This document shows, one piece after another, positions 61,117 through 64,000 of a DNA stretch of 64,000 bases (position 1 is its first letter; every line of letters starts with the position of its first letter). The notes under the pieces are model-generated. The model did no database searches, was not told the origin of the DNA, and saw only the letters and a program-made list of their open reading frames with translations. Made by a program: the position numbers and the translations under genes. The DNA lies in contig JAPLVF010000007.1 of the NCBI GenBank assembly GCA_026397255.1, positions 3,129-67,128 of the forward strand, written 5' to 3'. The DNA comes from Candidatus Beckwithbacteria bacterium. GTDB lineage: Bacteria > Patescibacteriota > Microgenomatia > UBA1400 > CG1-02-47-37.

Positions 61117-61191
61117 AGAGTTGATATTATATACTATGGGGTTTATTAATTACAAATGTGTTTACACTGAAGCCCGTTTTACGGGCTGAAG

Positions 61192-61273
61192 TGCCAGGGA
61201 GAGGACTCGAACCTCCAAGCCTTGCGGCACACGCTCCTAAAGCGTGCGTGTCTACCGATTTCACCACCCTGGC
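61192..61273 (-). tRNA. tRNA-Leu (anticodon TAG), long variable arm
   Basis: Manual fold: acceptor GCCAGGG/CCCTGGC, anticodon stem CACGC/GCGTG with loop TTTAGGA, T-loop GGTTCGAGTCC. Confidence 0.8.
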
Positions 61274-61285
61274 TGGGAGTAAACT

Positions 61286-61558
61286 CTATTGTATCAGAGA
61301 TTTTCTAATAATTTGTCTCAAGGATGATTTTCCTTTGGATGTTTTGAAGTATTTTTCTCTTCGAATACTGTCAGATTTAGCCAAAAAAGCTTCATAAAAG
61401 ATTAACTTAATTTGCTTCCACCATTTAGTCGATTTAACTTTTTTATTGAAATGTTGTTTTAGTCTTTGTTTTAAATTTGAAGAGCGGCCGATGTAAAGTT
61501 TATTTTCAGGAGATTTTAAAACATAAGTGTAGTGCATAATATTCCGATTTTCCCGCAC
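61286..61558 (-). CDS. GIY-YIG nuclease-domain protein (UPF0213/YhbQ-like); probable start at MHYTYVL
   Basis: YTYVL...LYIGRSSNLKQRLKQH GIY-YIG motifs. Confidence 0.7.
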   Translation of the reverse strand: MRENRNIMHYTYVLKSPENKLYIGRSSNLKQRLKQHFNKKVKSTKWWKQIKLIFYEAFLAKSDSIRREKYFKTSKGKSSLRQIIRKSLIQ

Positions 61559-61610
61559 CGCGTTGGGTGCAGGACCACAAACTCTACGTAGTTTGTGGCA
61601 CCACCCTGGC

Positions 61611-62372
61611 TTATAGATATTTTAACAGAGGGCGAGCTAATTTCCTAGCGCGTTTAAGGGCGGCGGCATGAGCTTGCCATTCTAACTGATCATCTAGAGG
61701 TTCAAGTTTAATTGGCCCGTATTTTTTTTCAAGAGCTAATTTAATTAAATAATCGCAAAAATGCGGATTTTTAGGTAAAAGCGAACCATGGAGATAACAG
61801 CCGAAAACATTGTGAATAACAGCGCCTTCGGTTTTGTCCTGGCCATTATTGCCAAAACCGAGAATCACCTTACCTAAGGGTTGAGTAGCGGCGGCTAAAA
61901 AAGTATTGCCGGAGTGATTTTCAAAGCCGACAAGATAGGGAGTAGGGTGAAGGACAGCAGGGTTAGCTTTAATAATAATATTGCCGATTTTGCGTTGTTT
62001 AGAAGCAACGGTATAGGCATTAAAAATACCGATGCCTTTAATTTTGGGGCCGCTGGACGGTTGGAAATAATTACCGAAAAGTTGATAAGTGCCACAAATA
62101 GTAAGCATAGGAATGCCGGCTTGAGCCGCTTTTAATAAAACAACGCGGCGTTTAAATAAATCTGAAGCAATTAATTGTTGTTGCTGGTCTTGGCCGCCGC
62201 CGCCGAATAACAGATCAAAGCCCCCCTGAGGTAAAGGATCGTTTAGGCCAATGGATTTAATAAAGACTTTGATTCCCCGCTGTTTTAAGCGGTAAACTAA
62301 GCTAAAAATATTACCCCGGTCGCCGTAAATATTCAAATCTTTCGGATAAAGATGAGCAATGGTAATTTTCAT
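61611..62372 (-). CDS. gatD: Lipid II isoglutaminyl synthase, glutamine amidotransferase subunit GatD-like
   Basis: Matches S. aureus GatD along its length (LTICGTYQ, GFENHSG, LHGSLLPKN). Confidence 0.75.
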   Translation of the reverse strand: MKITIAHLYPKDLNIYGDRGNIFSLVYRLKQRGIKVFIKSIGLNDPLPQGGFDLLFGGGGQDQQQQLIASDLFKRRVVLLKAAQAGIPMLTICGTYQLFGNYFQPSSGPKIKGIGIFNAYTVASKQRKIGNIIIKANPAVLHPTPYLVGFENHSGNTFLAAATQPLGKVILGFGNNGQDKTEGAVIHNVFGCYLHGSLLPKNPHFCDYLIKLALEKKYGPIKLEPLDDQLEWQAHAAALKRARKLARPLLKYL

Positions 62373-62375
62373 AAA

Positions 62376-63473
62376 TTAATCGAATTTTTGTTTAAAGATA
62401 ATTTGACGCAGTTTCAGCATGGCGGTATAGGTGGGTAAAATATAGTCCGGCGAATAACTGAGAGCTTTTTTAATATTTGGTTCTAGTTGGATTAAGTGGG
62501 GGTTAAGCCCGGCGTATTTTAGCCTTAAAGCCATGTCCAAAGCCCGGGTGCCGGAAACAGTAATGGGAGTTTTTCTGGAGTTTAAATAATTAAAGTCGAT
62601 ATCCCAAATCCAGGAAACGTCGGTTCCGTCGGCAATTAAATCATTTAAGATAATCAACAGCCGTTTGTTTAACTGATTTTGATCTTGAAGCATTTGCCAA
62701 ATAGCGTTAAATCCGGCGGGGTTTTTCACCAGAAAAATTTTAATCGGTTTATCATTCAAAACTAATTCTTCTCCCCGACCGAAAGCCGGACGAAAGCGGG
62801 TCAGACCTTGAGTGGTCAGTTGAGGATCTAAGCGAAGAACATTGGCAACGGTTTTAGCCGCCTCGAGGTTATATTGATGGTATTGGCCGGGAGAGAGTGG
62901 TTGGCCAAAGTAAACGATTCTGGGGAAACTTAATGTTTTTAAACGGGCATCAGCCTGATTGATCAAAACTTGGGAAGTTTTAGGCAGTAATTGCAGTGAT
63001 TCTTGCCAGAGTTTTAAGATTGAATCAACTTCGCCATAACGATCTAGTTGGTCACGGGACAGGTTATTAAAAAGAATGATTTCCGGTTTTAATTGTTTAA
63101 CGGCTTCTTTAACGGCGGCTTCGTCAATTTCCCAGATGGCGAATTTTTCTTTTAAATGGCCGAAAACATCACTTTGATTAATTAAAGAGGAAGCAATTCC
63201 CCGCATTAAATTAGAACCACTGCGATTGTGAATAAAATTTATTCGATGAGTCTTGAAGATTTCCCCGATTAGGCGACAAGTGGTGGTTTTACCGTTGGTG
63301 CCGGTGATAATTATTGATTTAAGTTGGTTGGTTTTAACTAACTGGTTAATAAAATCAGAATTAATTTTTAAGATAACTAATCCGGGGAGGGCGGTGCCGC
63401 CTAAAGAGAAAACCCGACAAAACTTATTAATTATTTTTCCTATAATAATGCTTGTTGACATATTATAAGTCAT
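62376..63473 (-). CDS. murT: Lipid II isoglutaminyl synthase Mur-ligase subunit MurT-like
   Basis: ITGTNGKTTT P-loop; KNPAGFNA...LNDLIADGTDVSWIWD matches the MurT DUF1727 region. Confidence 0.75.
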   Translation of the reverse strand: MTYNMSTSIIIGKIINKFCRVFSLGGTALPGLVILKINSDFINQLVKTNQLKSIIITGTNGKTTTCRLIGEIFKTHRINFIHNRSGSNLMRGIASSLINQSDVFGHLKEKFAIWEIDEAAVKEAVKQLKPEIILFNNLSRDQLDRYGEVDSILKLWQESLQLLPKTSQVLINQADARLKTLSFPRIVYFGQPLSPGQYHQYNLEAAKTVANVLRLDPQLTTQGLTRFRPAFGRGEELVLNDKPIKIFLVKNPAGFNAIWQMLQDQNQLNKRLLIILNDLIADGTDVSWIWDIDFNYLNSRKTPITVSGTRALDMALRLKYAGLNPHLIQLEPNIKKALSYSPDYILPTYTAMLKLRQIIFKQKFD

Positions 63474-63539
63474 ATGGTAGTATAAACACAGATCCGTCGG
63501 TTTAGCCTCACCGGGCAGACTGATGGATTTTTTTTGATT

Positions 63540-63953
63540 TTATTCCATTTCATCCAGAAATTGCTGAACGCCTTTAGCCCAGGAACCCTCAGATAAAGGA
63601 GTATAAATTGACATAATTTCCTCCGGAGTGATTAAACCTTTACGTATATAATTCTGTGATAGGCCTTTAGCGACCACTTCAATCGCTTCCTGATAAGACG
63701 AAAACTTTAGAGTGCCCTGGGAATGAATTCCCCAACCCCAACAGTTATGGGAATCATCGGGAATTTTTTTGCATAAATTAGATTCCTGTTGAGCAATGGC
63801 CAATAAAAGCCGCGAGTCTAAATTATATTTTTCGGCCGTGGCGATTAAATAGTCGGCTTCAGGCAGCAGGGGTGAATCATATTTTTTAAGGTAATTTTTA
63901 ATAATTTCCGGTATGGCATCGTCGGTTTTAACGGAGAAAGTAAAAGCCCCCAA
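63540..63953 (-). CDS. Lytic transglycosylase-like (SLT-like) protein, possibly N-terminally incomplete near window edge
   Basis: LLLAIAQQESNL resembles the SLT catalytic Glu-Ser region. Confidence 0.35.
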   Translation of the reverse strand: MGAFTFSVKTDDAIPEIIKNYLKKYDSPLLPEADYLIATAEKYNLDSRLLLAIAQQESNLCKKIPDDSHNCWGWGIHSQGTLKFSSYQEAIEVVAKGLSQNYIRKGLITPEEIMSIYTPLSEGSWAKGVQQFLDEME

Positions 63954-64000
63954 GACTTCCGGTAAAACAGGTTTAGAAACAATGGATTCAGAGGTAGAAT

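Noticed and set aside
63474-63539. Terminator hairpin before the T8 run at 63523-63533
   Set aside because: Could not find a convincing stem immediately upstream of the T-tract.

Overview
This 64 kb window is densely coded with standard genetic code (TGA is a stop) and ~40% GC. It looks like a reduced-genome bacterium, possibly of the Candidate Phyla Radiation type, because many housekeeping proteins are unusually short (ThrRS, PheT, RF1, delta', LspA, trigger factor). Housekeeping content includes the rpsF-ssb-rpsR-(ctpA)-rplI operon, htrA, rpmE-prfA, hisS, dnaB, efp, lgt/lspA/rluD, yebC, gyrB-hppA-gyrA, holB, rpsP-rnc-nusB, recG, tyrS, a class A PBP, the canonical thrS-infC-rpmI-rplT-pheS-pheT operon, tig, a MacAB-like efflux system and murT-gatD. 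A complete type IV pilus/competence-like cluster is present (pilB-pilT-pilC-pilin-[RAYT]-pilD-5 pseudopilins-pilX-pilM-pilN-pilO). Four tRNAs lie on the minus strand: Leu-CAA, Tyr-GTA, Val-GAC and Leu-TAG. The most notable things are: (i) an ~880 bp ORF-free region upstream of a XerD-like recombinase with three perfect DnaA boxes, an AT-rich tract and a dif-like 11-6-11 inverted repeat; (ii) two distinct REP/RAYT systems, one with REP copies inside its own transposase gene, the other with a perfect 26 bp palindrome present three times including inside a degenerate TrpRS-like gene; (iii) tRNA genes fused almost directly to aaRS start codons; (iv) a promoter-leader-terminator attenuator just upstream of a PRTase-HAD fusion/nucleoside hydrolase operon; (v) queuosine salvage genes (DUF2419/Qng1-like, YhhQ-like). 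All calls are from sequence reading and motif recall only; no searches were run.
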